Below, in pieces: positions 21,924 to 36,547 of a stretch of 64,000 nucleotides of DNA (position 1 is its first letter; every line of letters begins with the position of its first letter). The stretch is taken from the NCBI GenBank assembly GCA_964016885.1, contig OZ024758.1:31000001-31064000 (forward strand), given 5' to 3'. The notes beneath the pieces are model-generated. The model did not search any database, was not told the origin of the DNA, and worked only from the letters and a program-made list of their open reading frames with translations. The translations under genes were made by a program, and so were the position numbers. The stretch comes from Eledone cirrhosa (taxonomy: Eukaryota).

Positions 21924-22790
21924 TTGTGTGAGTGTGTGTGTGTGTATGTGTGTGGTGGGGGTTAGTATATGTGTGTGTGTGCATGTGTGTGAGTGTGTGT
22001 GTATGTGTGAGAGTGTTTGTGTGAGTGTGTGTGCCTGTGTATGTACAAAAACAAATAAACAAATGAGTAGATTATTAACAATAATGTTTCCATGGCGAGC
22101 ATAAGAGAAATGAGTTTGTATCAAAACCTAGTCGGAACTCTTACTCACCTAAAACCCCTTATTTTACGGCTCTAGATTCTCTAGAGTAAATACTACCAAG
22201 TACCTTTACTGAGGATTAATAGAATATATTCATAAGTCAAGATGTCAATAATTCTCCTTCTAAACCATTATATTTCCATTTGTTTTCAGATTATGAATAT
22301 ATCCATTTTTTTATTTTCTTCTGATTTTTCATATGAAAGGCAAAGATCCTAAGAGACCATAGATAAGATTAGCAATGTCATATGTTCTAAACTAATCATT
22401 CACCACAATTGATTTATTAATGGACTTCCGGGTAAAGCAAGAAAACTCTTCTTTACTGCTACTCAGAAATAATTATATTTTATTCAGAAAGGCAACAATT
22501 TATCACCATAGATACAACTCATTTTACATTCGATCGAAACACAAAGGAGAATAGAAACAGAGGATGATTGATTTCATTTTAAGAAGATACGAATTCATTT
22601 TCATATAAATTATATTTTTATGGTAAATCCTGTGTAGATGTGAAGCTGGAAATGGAGTTAACCTCACTCTTTGAAAACGTTGGACGAAGATGAAATTTTG
22701 AATTATTTGATAATATTTAAAAATACTTCTATTTTATTCTGGAATAAAACGGCGCCTCCATTGTTTTTGTAACTTATCAAAACCCTAATA

Positions 22791-22937
22791 TATAACAAAA
22801 TTTAATATAGAAATCGCTTCTACAGGACTACAACTGTTTCATTCAAAGGAAATCACCGGAGCTTTCCTGATGATTTCCTTCGAATGAAACAGTTTTAGTC
22901 CTGTAGAAGCTATTTTAATATTAAATTTTGCTGTATA
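22791..22937. repeat. Small fold-back with HHR-like core
   Basis: Arms ~22791-22855 and ~22872-22937; CTGATGA-TTTCCTTCGAAT-GAAAC. Confidence 0.6.
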
Positions 22938-22980
22938 CACTCTACTGATTGAACACAGGACTCGCACACACACATATATA

Positions 22981-24193
<1,213 letters not shown>

Positions 24194-24198
24194 CACAA

Positions 24199-25160
24199 TA
24201 AATTAACGGAGCCATAGGCTCTCGCTATTCCCTGTCAGTAATGTGCTCAAAAGAGAAGGAATCCGGAGCTCTTTATAATACAATATGTAGAAAAGGTAAC
24301 ACACTAGAGAGAGAGAGATTGTGCGCCATCAGTCAAACAGGGAAAAACCACCAGTGTATGGAATCTATAGCCCATGGAAGGCAAAGTAGACACACAATAA
24401 TTAAAAGTATAAATTAAAGTGTAAATACATACCTCGATAACTATCTAACACACACGTACAAATCCAAAAGATCTGTTTCGCCAAATAAGTTGTTGACAGA
24501 AATGATTAGCCCATGGTTCATCAGCAACTCTAAGAGAATCTAAAGCGACCGTCCAGCTTCACGCGGGAGAGAGAATTCACAGCGCGCCTAGGGCAGTAAC
24601 CAGTGGTCTCTGAAGGATGAGCTGCTAGAAAGGGCAGCCCAAACTACTCAGAGAAGTGTGCTCAACCAAACAGAGAGGGAGAGGAAAGACTGTTATAAGG
24701 AGCGAAATATCACGATAAATTAACGGAGCCATAGACTCTCGCTATTCCCTGTCAATAATGTTCTCAAAGGAGAAGGAATCCCGAGCTCTTTAAAATACAA
24801 TATGTAGAAAATATAACACACTAGAGGGAGAGATAGTGCGCCATCAGTCAAACAGGGAAAAACCACCAGTGTATGGAATCTATAACCCATGGAAGGCAGA
24901 GTAGACACACAATAATTAAAAGTATAAATTAAAGTGTCAACAACTTATTTGGCGAAACAGATCTTTTTGGATTTGTACGTGTGTGTTAGATAGTTATCGA
25001 GGTATGTATTTACACTTTAATTTATACTTTTAATTATTGTGTGTCTATTCTACCTTTCATGGGCTATAGATTCCATACACTGGTGGTTTTTCCCTGTTTG
25101 ACTGATGGCGCACTATATCTCTCTAGTGTGTTACCTTTTCTCTTTTCTACATATTGTATA
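24199..25160. mobile_element. ~518-bp unit with direct terminal repeat plus inverted copy (pLTR/retrozyme-like)
   Basis: 24199-24423 recurs at 24717-24936; 24936-25160 is the reverse complement of ~24280-24497; minus strand CTGATGA...GGCGAAACAGATCT. Confidence 0.75.
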
Positions 25161-25164
25161 TATA

Positions 25165-26292
25165 TACAATGATATTAAATAAATGGAAACTATATTTATA
25201 AAACCATATTTATTCTATTATATATATTTTAAGGGTACCAAAAACTTTGGTACGCTTTCATCAGATAAAATACAAATTGTGTTTTATAAATTTTGACATA
25301 GCCAAGAAACATACCTTATCAGTTGAATTTTCCTTGGATAGAGAATTTAAAGAACGGATTTTTCAAAATTGTTAGGATGAGTATGCAAATGAATATGAAT
25401 ATGTAAATGAGGTTGAGGTATATGATTGAAAAACCGTTATTTTAGACGCTATGGAAAATTTAGATATATGTTTATATTAGTAGGAGAGAAACAAAGAAAA
25501 GGAAAAAGAAAAAGAATAAGACCACTTATATACGTTAATTTGGGGGAAAGAAATTTGGATATTTACCTATAATATGTATGTACTTATATGGAGAATTATG
25601 TTTGTAAGTATTTATCTTATTACAATATTGTAGTGGGTTAAATATATAAATAATACATATGCTATTATTAAAATATATATAGATATATATATTTTAATAA
25701 TAGCATATGTATTATTAAAGAGATGTAGATAGTTTGCAATTATTAGTTGTTCATAATGAGTTACGATGGGTGTTGATTTTGTGTTTTATGTAGATAAATA
25801 AATAAATAAATAGATAGTTCAAGTTTTAGGTAGTTGTTTATAATAATATGAATTACGATGGTGTTGAATTTGTATTTTATGTAAATAAATATGGGGTTAA
25901 AATTAGGAATTTAAATATCTGAATATCTTGTTCGGCATTGAGAATGTTTTAATTTAACGGAGTTACGTGTATAATAATATAATAAGTTCAAATAATTAAG
26001 AAAGGAAAGATAACTCCAATTTTGTTTGTTAATCAATAATTTTTAAGAGTTAGTGTGAGATTAATTAATTATTTAGTCGAAAGAAGTGTGAATGATTGAA
26101 ATCGTCTTCAATAGGATACATTTTTCTAATGTCAATTAATGGTTATTAATCTACGTTTAAAAATATCTTTAGAGGCTGTAATTGGAAAAATATAATGTAA
26201 GAATTAAAGAATTAAAAAATTAAAAACATTAAAAATAAAAATAAAATTATATACATACACACATATATATATATAAACATCTATACATATAT

Positions 26293-26364
<72 letters not shown>

Positions 26365-26784
26365 TTGAAATATTAATATATTAAAATATTGAAACTTTAA
26401 ATTGTTAAAGAAGATGGGATCATTTTGAATGTTTATAGGAGTATTATGAATTACACATAGTTCTGAACGTGGAATTTTGGCGATGTCTGCAAGAAGAAAA
26501 TAATTCTGTCCTGAGATTAATAGAGTTTTGACAGTTAAACAATTTCTTCGACACAATTTACAGAATTTTGATAAAGCCATATTTCGGTACGCATGTGCTA
26601 TCGAAATCGTTTTCCAAGATATTGAATAGTCTATATTCTTGCTTTTTAAGTTCCATATAAGATGTGAAAAAGAAGTATAAGATCTTTTATCAGATCTTCT
26701 AAAAGAAGAAATCTGTCGAGTGCTCTGAATCAGTTATAAACATTTATATTTGTTGAATTTCCATCAAATTAAATATCCCTTCTG

Positions 26785-26790
<6 letters not shown>
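25165..26790 (-). mobile_element. Degenerate PLE 3' fragment: GIY-YIG C-terminal remnant, long AT-rich 3' region and H1 HHR
   Basis: Minus 26715-26540 translates ISSFRRSDKRSYTSFSHLIWNLKSKNIDYSISWK...FCKLC; H1 terminus at 25165-25470; inverted H1 tip at 26716-26790. Confidence 0.7.
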
Positions 26791-26817
<27 letters not shown>

Positions 26818-26821
<4 letters not shown>

Positions 26822-27005
26822 GTTTCTACATTTGGCACAAGGCCAGCAAATTACCCAGTGCATTACTGGTACTTTATTTTATCGACCCCGTAAGGATGAA
26901 AGGCAAAGTCAACCTCGGCAGGATTTGAACTCAGATCGTAAAGGGACGTAACTCTGCTGGAAAGCATGGCGTCCGACCCTCTACCGATACTGCCAATCCA
27001 CCATT
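26818..27005 (-). mobile_element. tRNA-derived SINE (also 27895-28110 and a cluster at 47895-48830)
   Basis: Minus strand B-box GAGTTCAAATCC; central TTGACTTTGCCTTTCATCCTTACGGGGTCGATAAAATAAAGTACCAG domain (Meta/RUDI-like by recollection); (ATT)n tails in the cluster copies. Confidence 0.8.
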
Positions 27006-27037
27006 ATATATATATAATGAAATACACACATATATTC

Positions 27038-27068
<31 letters not shown>

Positions 27069-27213
27069 GTGTCCGCCTTAACAAGTTTTGCTCGATGACC
27101 GAAAGAGCTAAAATAAACAAAATTATTAAAATAACCCAATAATCAGAGCTATTTATCAAATTATTAAATATGAGAAAATAATAGATAAAAATATACGTAT
27201 TTTTTCTTCAAAG

Positions 27214-27320
27214 TTCCGACTGCAGTTTCGCCGATCCGTGTGTAAAGTTTATGCACTTTAAAAATGAATCAACGCTGTTAGGTTGATACGGCTATCAAAG
27301 AGCCCCCTCAGAAAAAAGGA
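27214..27320 (-). ncRNA. HHR-like motif with long stem II
   Basis: Minus: CTGAGGG...GCCG..CGGC-GAAA-CTGCAG-TC-GGAA; core has one deviation. Confidence 0.45.
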
Positions 27321-29035
27321 TTGTTACTTTGACGCATTCGTAGCAAGTGTGTGTATTTATATATATTGTCAAGGGTTTCTGTAAACTGGATGAAGGAAAA
27401 GAATGGCCTATGTTGTCTAAGGAGCTGAAATACTATTGTTACTCAACACAGTTGCTTACTTCCCCCAGTAGCAAACTACCTGAAATGAACTACGAAACGT
27501 ATTACTTCATTATCGCGTATGTTCATAAGACCTTTGCCGAGGTTTCATAATCTTTGTTTCCTTTTCATTTCAACCTCAAATAAATTTACTAATTGTAATG
27601 AACTCAAATCCTTTCTTAGTGATGAAGTATAATATAGCGGGAACAGCAGTTTTATGCGAATATTAGAGAAATAAATATTAGAGCTGAAATATAACAACAT
27701 ATAGTAAAACTTTAAGATGGTGTCTTACTTATTAACAAGATGATAGGTTACTCGGCAATATTTCTCTTCCTTGCAAAATATACTGAACAACCAAGAATGA
27801 AGACCATAAAATACTCCTTGTGTTATTTGTTCGTCTTAAAGGAAAGCCGAATATATTTTCAACCAAAGAAACATCTCAAAGCAAATTAAGAAATAATGGT
27901 TTCTGGTTTAGGCACAAGGCCAACAATTTGGAGGGAGGGGGTGAATTAAATCGGCACCAGTGTTTTACTGGTACTTTATTTTATCGGCCCCATAAGGATG
28001 AAAGGCAAAGTTCACCTCGGCGGGATTTGACCTGAGTGCGTAAATAGCCATAAAGCTATGCCGCAAAGTATGTTGTCCGATGCTCTACCGGTACTGCCAA
28101 CCCAACACCATTAGGAAATAATAATTTTATGTATTTATTTATTTTGATAAATTTTCTTGCTCATCAGCTTTATGTTTCACTTTTTATTGTTTTTTTTTCT
28201 TTTCTTTATACCTAATTCCGAAGTCTCGTCTCGAACACATCTATTTCGTGTATGGTTAAATGTCCTTTATTATAAGAAAGTTATTTTTAGTAAAAGTTGT
28301 TACATTCGCTTTTATTCTTTAGTCTTTATTTTGTATTCTGTTTTGAAATTTCTCTTAGAAAAGAAAAAGGTGAAGAAAAAAATAATTACTTTCATTCCGT
28401 AATAATATTCGTACAATTGAAGTTAGAATATATATTCAAGAACATTATTAGATTCTCGAATTCTGAAATGGAATATTATGAATAAAAAGAGTTTTATATT
28501 GATAATTATATAGTTTCACAACTAGGAATAGCCCTTCTTCATGACACTGCTGCCAAATACATTCATACATATTGATTTATATATTTTTTACAAAATATAT
28601 GACCAACAATTAACAAGGGAATGAAATTGGTAAACAAATCGAACCTTGAATGTACCTGATGCATATTCGTTACACCCAAAGCAATAAGACAGAAACACTA
28701 CCCGTGGTATGCTATGATACACTTCTGAATTATATCCGGCTCACGTTTGAACACTAATAGTTACACCGATATTTCTTGTTGATGATATTCAACGTGAACT
28801 GAAATATCTCAGATATAAGTAATCTAATTATACATACCGGATACCTTTCAATAGATTTTATACTTGCAGAGAAAATGTGTATGTATTTATGATGCGAAAT
28901 TTCCTCGTTGTTTGCTCTGCATATTATATGTATGTGTGTGTGTGTTTGTGTGTGTGTTTGTGTGTCTGTGTGTGTGCGTGTATACATACATACATACATA
29001 CATACATACATACATACATACATACATACATACAT

Positions 29036-29112
<77 letters not shown>

Positions 29113-29202
29113 CATACATATATATCCGATTTGAAAATAATCGAAATTTTACCATCTATGTAAGTTCTTAGACTTGCCATCGTTGGCACTGCATCTATGT
29201 GC

Positions 29203-29314
<112 letters not shown>

Positions 29315-29355
29315 CGAAACATAAGTCAATTGCATGAACTCATAATCTTTTATTT

Positions 29356-29411
29356 ACTGCTATATATATTTGGATGATAGCCATTGAATTGCTATGACCT
29401 CATCAGGCAGT
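29356..29411 (-). ncRNA. Decayed HHR of the 19985 family
   Basis: ACTGC-CTGATGA-GGTCATAGC..GCTATCATC-CAAA (for GAAA)-TATATA-TA-GCAGT. Confidence 0.65.
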
Positions 29412-29782
29412 TAGTCAGTTCTTAGATATGCCAGCTCTGTGTGTATAGTGTTGATGGTATCAGAGCCTTGAGACATATGAGCTTGTTAGGAATACTTTGA
29501 TGTTGTCAGCAGGAATGGTCTTGATTCTCATTGGTCAGTTTGTAGATGGTAGCAGGTTGGTATTTGACATCAAAGAGGCAGGTTCTGTGAGGTTCAAACC
29601 ATCAGGCAAGATGACAATAGTTCCAGATGACTGATTTTCACAAAAGGCATTCTTGGTCAGATATATTTTCAAATAAGGTTAATAGTATGAAATAGATACT
29701 ACAGGTCATTCTTAAATTGAGGAGTTTATGTGGAGTGGTGCTTCTGAAAATTATGGTTGGAGTAGAAAGTTTACAAATAATA

Positions 29783-31138
29783 TATATATACAAAATTAAA
29801 TTAAGGGTTGTCATGACTGAGAGACATGCGCCATATCCACTGTAGAATAAGCTCAAAGATTCCAATGAATAGATCCGAGCATTTTATATCAACTAGAAAT
29901 AGATTCACATATATATATATATAAAATAAATACATGGAACAATCACAGGGAATAATTTGTAAAGAATGTAAGCACACACAGCTAGGTAGGTAACTAATTA
30001 AAGTATAACTAGAACTTCAAATATAGATACCTTTTAAAATGATTAATCTCCTTTGTATATATTTCTTTAAGTAAGAAATATATTTTACCAATTAATCAGT
30101 AAATCACAGTAGTCAAATCCTGGATGGTCACCAAATGAGAAGAAAATAATTATCTGCGTTTACAAAGCAAATGCAAATCTGAGAATGACTCGAACCACGT
30201 GTTGCATTTAAAAAAAATACACACATCGCACAGCGTCATCCCAGTGTCGTGAATAGGATTATCGACAGCTAGAAATAGCAGCCGAGTCTATTCAACTGAG
30301 TTAGCTCAACAATCAAGGGACCGTATATATATCCAAAATTAAATTAAGGGTTGTCATGTCTGAGAGACATACGTCATATCCAATGTAGAATAAGCTCAAA
30401 GATTCCAATGAATAGATCCGAGCATTTTATATCAACTAGAAATAGATTGACATATATATAAAATAAATACATGGAACAATCACAGGGAATAATTTGTAAA
30501 GAATGTAAGTAGACATAGCTAGGTAGGTAACTTACATTCTTTACAAATTATTCCATGTATTTATTTTATATATATGTCAATCTATTTCTAGTTGATATAA
30601 AATGCTCGGATCTATTCATTGGAATCTTTGAGCTTATTCTACATTGGATATGGCGTATGTCTCTCAGACATGACAACCCTTAATTTAATTTTGGCTATAC
30701 ATACGGCCCCTTGATTGTTGTGCTAACTCAGTTGAATAGACTCGGCTGCTATTTCTAGCTGTCGATAATCCTATTCACGACACTGGGATGACGCTGTGCG
30801 ATGTGTGTATTTTTTTTAAATGCAACACGTGGTTCGAGTCATTCTCAGATTTGCATTTGCTTTGTAAACGCAGATAATTATTTTCTTCTTATTTGGTGAC
30901 CATCCAGGATTTGACTACTGTGATTTACTGATTAATTGGTAAAATATATTTCTTACTTAAAGAAATATATACAAAGGAGATTAATCATTTTAAAAGGATA
31001 TTTGAAGTTCTAGTTAAACTTTAATTAGTTACCTACCTAGCTATGTGTGCTTACATTCTTTACAAATTATTCCCTGTGATTGTTCCATGTATTTATTTTA
31101 TATATATATATATATATGTCAATCTATTTCTAGTTGAT
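29783..31138. mobile_element. ~540-bp unit with partial direct repeat and ~600-bp inverted copy
   Basis: 29783-29995 recurs at 30323-30530; 30530-31138 is the reverse complement of ~29890-30510. Confidence 0.8.
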
Positions 31139-31281
31139 ATATATATATATTTTTGTTTTTTAATTGAGTTTGAATTATTTTTCCCACATCTTACGTTAAT
31201 TATTTTCCATTTTGACGTTATAGTCACTTATATATTATGAAATACTGTTGGCTTCACGCTCACAATAATTTCTATACTTTA

Positions 31282-31341
<60 letters not shown>

Positions 31342-31345
<4 letters not shown>

Positions 31346-32560
31346 GTAGAACACAGGAAGGTAATATCCGTAGTGGTAGACCACTCAGTCCATGGGACGA
31401 GTTAGGTAGAAGTGGTTACACAACAGTTAGTTCACTATACCGAGAACAATTATTTCACCTTAGCGGATCCTCAGCTCGTAATGGACATGGTTATATGGAA
31501 CAGAAGGAACCGTACGAACGCGCATGTGCAGAAACGATCACTTCACACAGGCAATACTATGTTTCGTGCGAGAGGTGTAACTGCGAAAGTTCGAAAGTTT
31601 CTAGTTGATAAGAACATTAGGATGTTGTTGTAATTCAATCTGGAGCTTTGTAGTTATGTAAGAGGTGTTTCCAGACGTGTGGGCACCGTGTGTAGAATTC
31701 ATTCTCGTGTTTAGGCAATCACTATTGCGTAATCTCTTTAGAATATTTATTCGTTCATCAATACATAGTGCACACGACAGATTGCTCCTTGCGTATGGCT
31801 TGGACTTAGTGATGGCTTTTCATTGAATGGAGTAGTCTATACTTGAGTCCTTGAGGGACCATACGTGGCTCGCGAGTTTCGTAGATGAACATCTGTCCGG
31901 GTACCTAAAGGTCGACTGGTGATTCAGGAAGCGTTCCTTAAATCGGCCCTCCGCCATACCTACATATGATTTGACCTCCTGTTGTTTATTTGGTTGGTTG
32001 GAAGTGATCACGGCTTCATAAACTACAGCGTGTGTGTTTCATTGCTGTTGAAGGGGACAAGTTTTGGGCTTACGGCAAGAGCACCCTGATGCGGTCTTGC
32101 TCTTAGGGCTCTTGGTGATGTGGGCCTTTATGTTATTAGCGCAGGAGTATCCTAGTTTTACTTTGTGTCGGTTAAAGATGGAGCGGTATTTATGGACTAT
32201 GTATTGATGAACGAATAAATATGCTAAAGAGATTACACAATAGTGATTGCCTAAACACGAGATATGAATTCTTCACACGTTGTCCACACGTCTGGAAACA
32301 CATCTTACATAACTACAAAGCTCCGGATTGAATTACATCAACATCCTGATTTTCTTATCAACTAGAAACTTTTGGACTTTCGCAGTTACCTCCCTTACAT
32401 GCAACTTAGTATTACCTGTGTGAAGTGATCGTTTCTGCGCATGCGTGGTCATACGGTTGTCCTTCCTGTTCCATATAACCATGTCAATTACGAGCTGAGG
32501 ATCCGCTAAGGTGAAACAATTGTTCTCGGTATGATGAACTAACTGTTGTGTAACCACTTC
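31342..32560 (-). mobile_element. 5'-truncated PLE (GIY-YIG remnant) with inverted 3' copy
   Basis: KSYVGMAEGRFKERFLNHQSTFR...KLASHVWSLK; arms 31391-31770 and 32200-32560; flanked by (TA)n. Confidence 0.85.
32491..32528 (+). ncRNA. Minimal type I HHR (mirror copy on minus strand at 31441-31478)
   Basis: CGAG-CTGAGGA-TCCGCTAAGGT-GAAA-CAATTG-TT-CTCG. Confidence 0.8.
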
Positions 32561-32570
32561 TATATATATA

Positions 32571-32651
<81 letters not shown>

Positions 32652-32652
32652 C

Positions 32653-32731
<79 letters not shown>

Positions 32732-32734
32732 ATA

Positions 32735-32765
<31 letters not shown>

Positions 32766-32801
32766 GTATATATATATGTATATATACATATATATATATA
32801 C

Positions 32802-34803
32802 ATTTCATCACTAGAGATTAAAAAACATAACCTCCAAAACAATATGATGTCTATCATCAACAATCAGAGAAGAGCTGAAGAGGCCTGGGCCATTAAGAAG
32901 ATCAAACTCAATCCCAAAGTGTTCTTTCATTTGCAAAAAAACACAAAATCACTGGCTCTACTGTTGGCCCTCTAATTGATGAAAATGGCACTCTTCAAGA
33001 CAATGCTAAAACCATGGGTGAGATACTGCAGAAACAATACTGCTCTGTTTTCAGCAATCCTGATATGGCCGATCTGGGCTGTATCGGCGATGTTACTCCC
33101 CATTACACCTTAAAGGACATAACGTTTGGCGCCCCTGATGTCTTAGCGGCAATAAAGGAAATCAAGCATAATTCAGCAGTAGGTTCCGATAGGTTCCCTG
33201 CTTGTGTCTTGAAGGCGTGTCAATACCAACTTGCATCTCCTCTTGCCAATCTGTGGCGGAACTCACTGGATGCTGGATATGTGCCAGAAAACATTCTATC
33301 CCAGTCTGTTGTCCCAGTTTTCAAAAAAGGAAACAAATCCCTTGCCGTGAATTACCGTCCAATCTCACTCACCTCTCATATCATTAAGGTATTTGAGAGA
33401 GTGGTGAGATCGCGAATGACTCACTTCCTTGAGAGTAACAATATGCTGAACTCCAACCAGCATGGATTCCGTAATGGAAGGGATTACCTGACGCAGCTAC
33501 TGCATCACTTTGATGGCATTTTGAGAGCCTTGGGAGAGGGTTCCAACACTGATGTTATCTACCTTGATTTCAGCAAGGCCTTTGACAGGGTTGATCATAA
33601 CATTCTACTGAGAAAGCTGTCCAATATTGGTGTCACTGGAAAGCTGCTGCAGTGGATCAAGAGCTTCCTGTCAAACAGAACCCAACATGTTGTAGTCGAA
33701 GGAGTCAAATCCAGCCCAGCCAAAGTCAGTAGTGGGGTCCCACAAGGCACTGTGTTGGGCCCACTTCTCTTCATCATCTATATTAATGACATCACTGACA
33801 TCATCAAACACAGCAACATTAGAATTTTCGCTGATGATTCCAAGCTCCAAAAGGTCATCAATGGCGTGGATGACCGGATAAGCCTTCAGTCAGACCTACT
33901 GGCTGTTACCCAATGGGCGGAAAAGAACAACATGTTACTGAACGAAGACAAATTCGAACTGATCCACTTTGGAAAAGAGGATGCTCTGAAACTCCCGTAC
34001 TCCCTTCCCTCCGGGGAAACTCTCGTGGCATCTAACAACATCAGAGACTTGGGAGTAACCGTGGACAGCAACATAAGCTGGGCCACGCATATAAGCAGCA
34101 AAGTTGACATGGCCCGCAGAATGTGTTCCTGGATCCTCAGAACCTTCCAGTCGAGAGATTCCCACACCATTATCCTTCTCTTCTCCACTTTTGCCCGACC
34201 ACACCTTGAATACTGTTGTCCACTGTGGTCTCCCCACACGAAACAAAGTGTCATGAAACTTGAAGCTCCCCAAAGGGCAATCACGAAAAAGATAGATGGC
34301 ATGTCAGACCTTGACTACTGGGGTCGACTAGAAGGACTGAAACTTTACTCACTCCAACGTCACCGTGAGCGTTATATTATCTGCATGATGTGGAAAATGT
34401 TTCATCAGCACTGCCCAAATGATGTTGGCATCACCTTCAAAATACACCCAAGGCTTGGGCCCCGTGCTATCCGTCCCAAACAAAAATCTAAATCGCAACA
34501 CATAACAACAATACGGCACAATTATTTCACCTCAATCGGCCCTGCTCTCTTCAACATCACACCAGGACACGTCAAAACAGAAACTGACCACACAAAATTT
34601 AAGAAATCTTTGGACAAATTCCTCCAAGTAATCCCGGACAAACCACCCACACCCGGATATGTCTTCGCAAACAGTAATTCTCTTCTCGAATGGGCCATGG
34701 TGCCCAAATCCTGAGTTGAAAGACTTCGCCAGGTGATGCTATTAAGTTAGACATGGCCTGGGCCAATACTGGCCAAAACATTTCAAAGTTATTCAAAGTT
34801 ATA
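32802..34803 (+). mobile_element. 5'-truncated CR1-group LINE
   Basis: RT ORF plus short 3' UTR ending in (TTCAAAGTTA)2. Confidence 0.88.
33014..34714 (+). CDS. CR1-group reverse transcriptase (partial ORF2)
   Basis: NYRPISLTS, QHGFR, YLDFSKAFDRV, SGVPQGTVLGPLLF, FADD, RPHLEYC..WSP. Confidence 0.9.
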   Translation: MGEILQKQYCSVFSNPDMADLGCIGDVTPHYTLKDITFGAPDVLAAIKEIKHNSAVGSDRFPACVLKACQYQLASPLANLWRNSLDAGYVPENILSQSVVPVFKKGNKSLAVNYRPISLTSHIIKVFERVVRSRMTHFLESNNMLNSNQHGFRNGRDYLTQLLHHFDGILRALGEGSNTDVIYLDFSKAFDRVDHNILLRKLSNIGVTGKLLQWIKSFLSNRTQHVVVEGVKSSPAKVSSGVPQGTVLGPLLFIIYINDITDIIKHSNIRIFADDSKLQKVINGVDDRISLQSDLLAVTQWAEKNNMLLNEDKFELIHFGKEDALKLPYSLPSGETLVASNNIRDLGVTVDSNISWATHISSKVDMARRMCSWILRTFQSRDSHTIILLFSTFARPHLEYCCPLWSPHTKQSVMKLEAPQRAITKKIDGMSDLDYWGRLEGLKLYSLQRHRERYIICMMWKMFHQHCPNDVGITFKIHPRLGPRAIRPKQKSKSQHITTIRHNYFTSIGPALFNITPGHVKTETDHTKFKKSLDKFLQVIPDKPPTPGYVFANSNSLLEWAMVPKS

Positions 34804-34805
34804 TA

Positions 34806-36275
34806 CTAACCTACCCTCTATCTTCTTTAGAATAATAAATAAGCACTTTCGAGATTCACATAGATACAGCAAAATCTTTAACACTAAATCTATTAGACTA
34901 TCTTACTCCATGGCACCAAATATAGAGGCACACATTGAGATGCTTAACGCTAAAAAGATACATAACAACACCAGAATACAAATTTATAACAATAACAATA
35001 CAATCACCATTGAACACAACAGAATATCTAATACACAACCACTCACTAATAGGCAAACAAAACGTAACACATTTGTACAGGCATCGCAGCCCACCAATAA
35101 TGCCAAAGTTGCCCATGACAAGAATTGTAGCTGCCACCTACCTGAAACCTGTCCATTACATAATGAAGGTATGCAGTCTAACCTGGTTTACCAATGCACA
35201 GTGGAATCAGACAACCAGAAATGGTATTACATCGGAGCGACTGGGAATACATTTAAAGCCAGTTGGTATACACACCGTTACGCAATGAAACATTCCCAGC
35301 ACCGTTATGTAACTACCCTTGCAAACAAGACCTGGCAGCTGAGGGAAAGTAACCATCAATACACCCTGAAGTGGAAAAAATTATCGAACGCGCCCCCATA
35401 TCGGAGTGGTATGAGAAGCTGTCGATTATGTGACCTTGAGCTGTTCCACATTTTGAGTTCGAAGAATAAGTTACTCAACAATAAAATCGAAAGATCAATT
35501 TATTGTAACCATAGACTCAAAGAAAAGTTTTCGCACTACAAGCGCAAATCGAACCCTTAACCTCTTACTACCAACTGACAAACTGCACATACTTAGACTT
35601 TATACCCTCTTGTTGTATCTAAACTCTTTTAATTACCCACAAAAACCAATACCTATATGCCTCCCTTCTCCTTCATTCCTCTTCTATTTCTTTTCGTTCT
35701 CTTCCTTTCTTCCCTCCCCTTTTTGGGTATCTTTTCTTTTCTTCATTCTCCCCCCTTCTTTACTTTTATTTTTATCATTATTATTTTTATCTTTATTTTT
35801 TATATATATATATTTATCAATTTATATCCGCCCCTCTCTCTCTCTCCATTCCTCCCACTATGATCAATTTAATTCTCTTTAACTCACTACAATCGATGAC
35901 ATGAAGTCTACGTATCAAAACTGATCAAGGAATCCTTCCACCTCTACCCCTCCCGCCATCTCAGTTTGTCACTCTACTTCCTAACTCCTCTCCCCCTTCC
36001 TCTCTCTCTCTATACTATTCCGTTTGTCCCCTCACCACCTGATTCCCCTCTCTCTATACTAGTAAATACTATTCCAAATAAATGTTTTTCTCTATATATT
36101 AACAACTATTTCAAGAGTAATTTACTATTTTGAAAATTTGGACTGTGAACAACAATTATAAATGAGTGGCTGGTATTTGCAGTATAGCAATATTAGGTTG
36201 CACTTACCAATGAAACGGTCGTAAATACCTGGATAAAATCCTTCTCTTAATGCTTACCTGTGTTTTCTCTTTTAT
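34806..36275 (+). mobile_element. PLE 3' fragment: GIY-YIG endonuclease ORF (34910-35560) plus 3' region
   Basis: CSC..CPL, LVYQCTV..YYIGAT, TTLANKTWQL, CRLC, LLN motifs; HHR-like remnant at 36121-36225. Confidence 0.85.
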
Positions 36276-36313
36276 ACATATATATATATATATACATATA
36301 TACATACACACAG

Positions 36314-36452
<139 letters not shown>

Positions 36453-36473
36453 CATATATACATACATATATAT

Positions 36474-36539
<66 letters not shown>

Positions 36540-36547
36540 TTATATAT

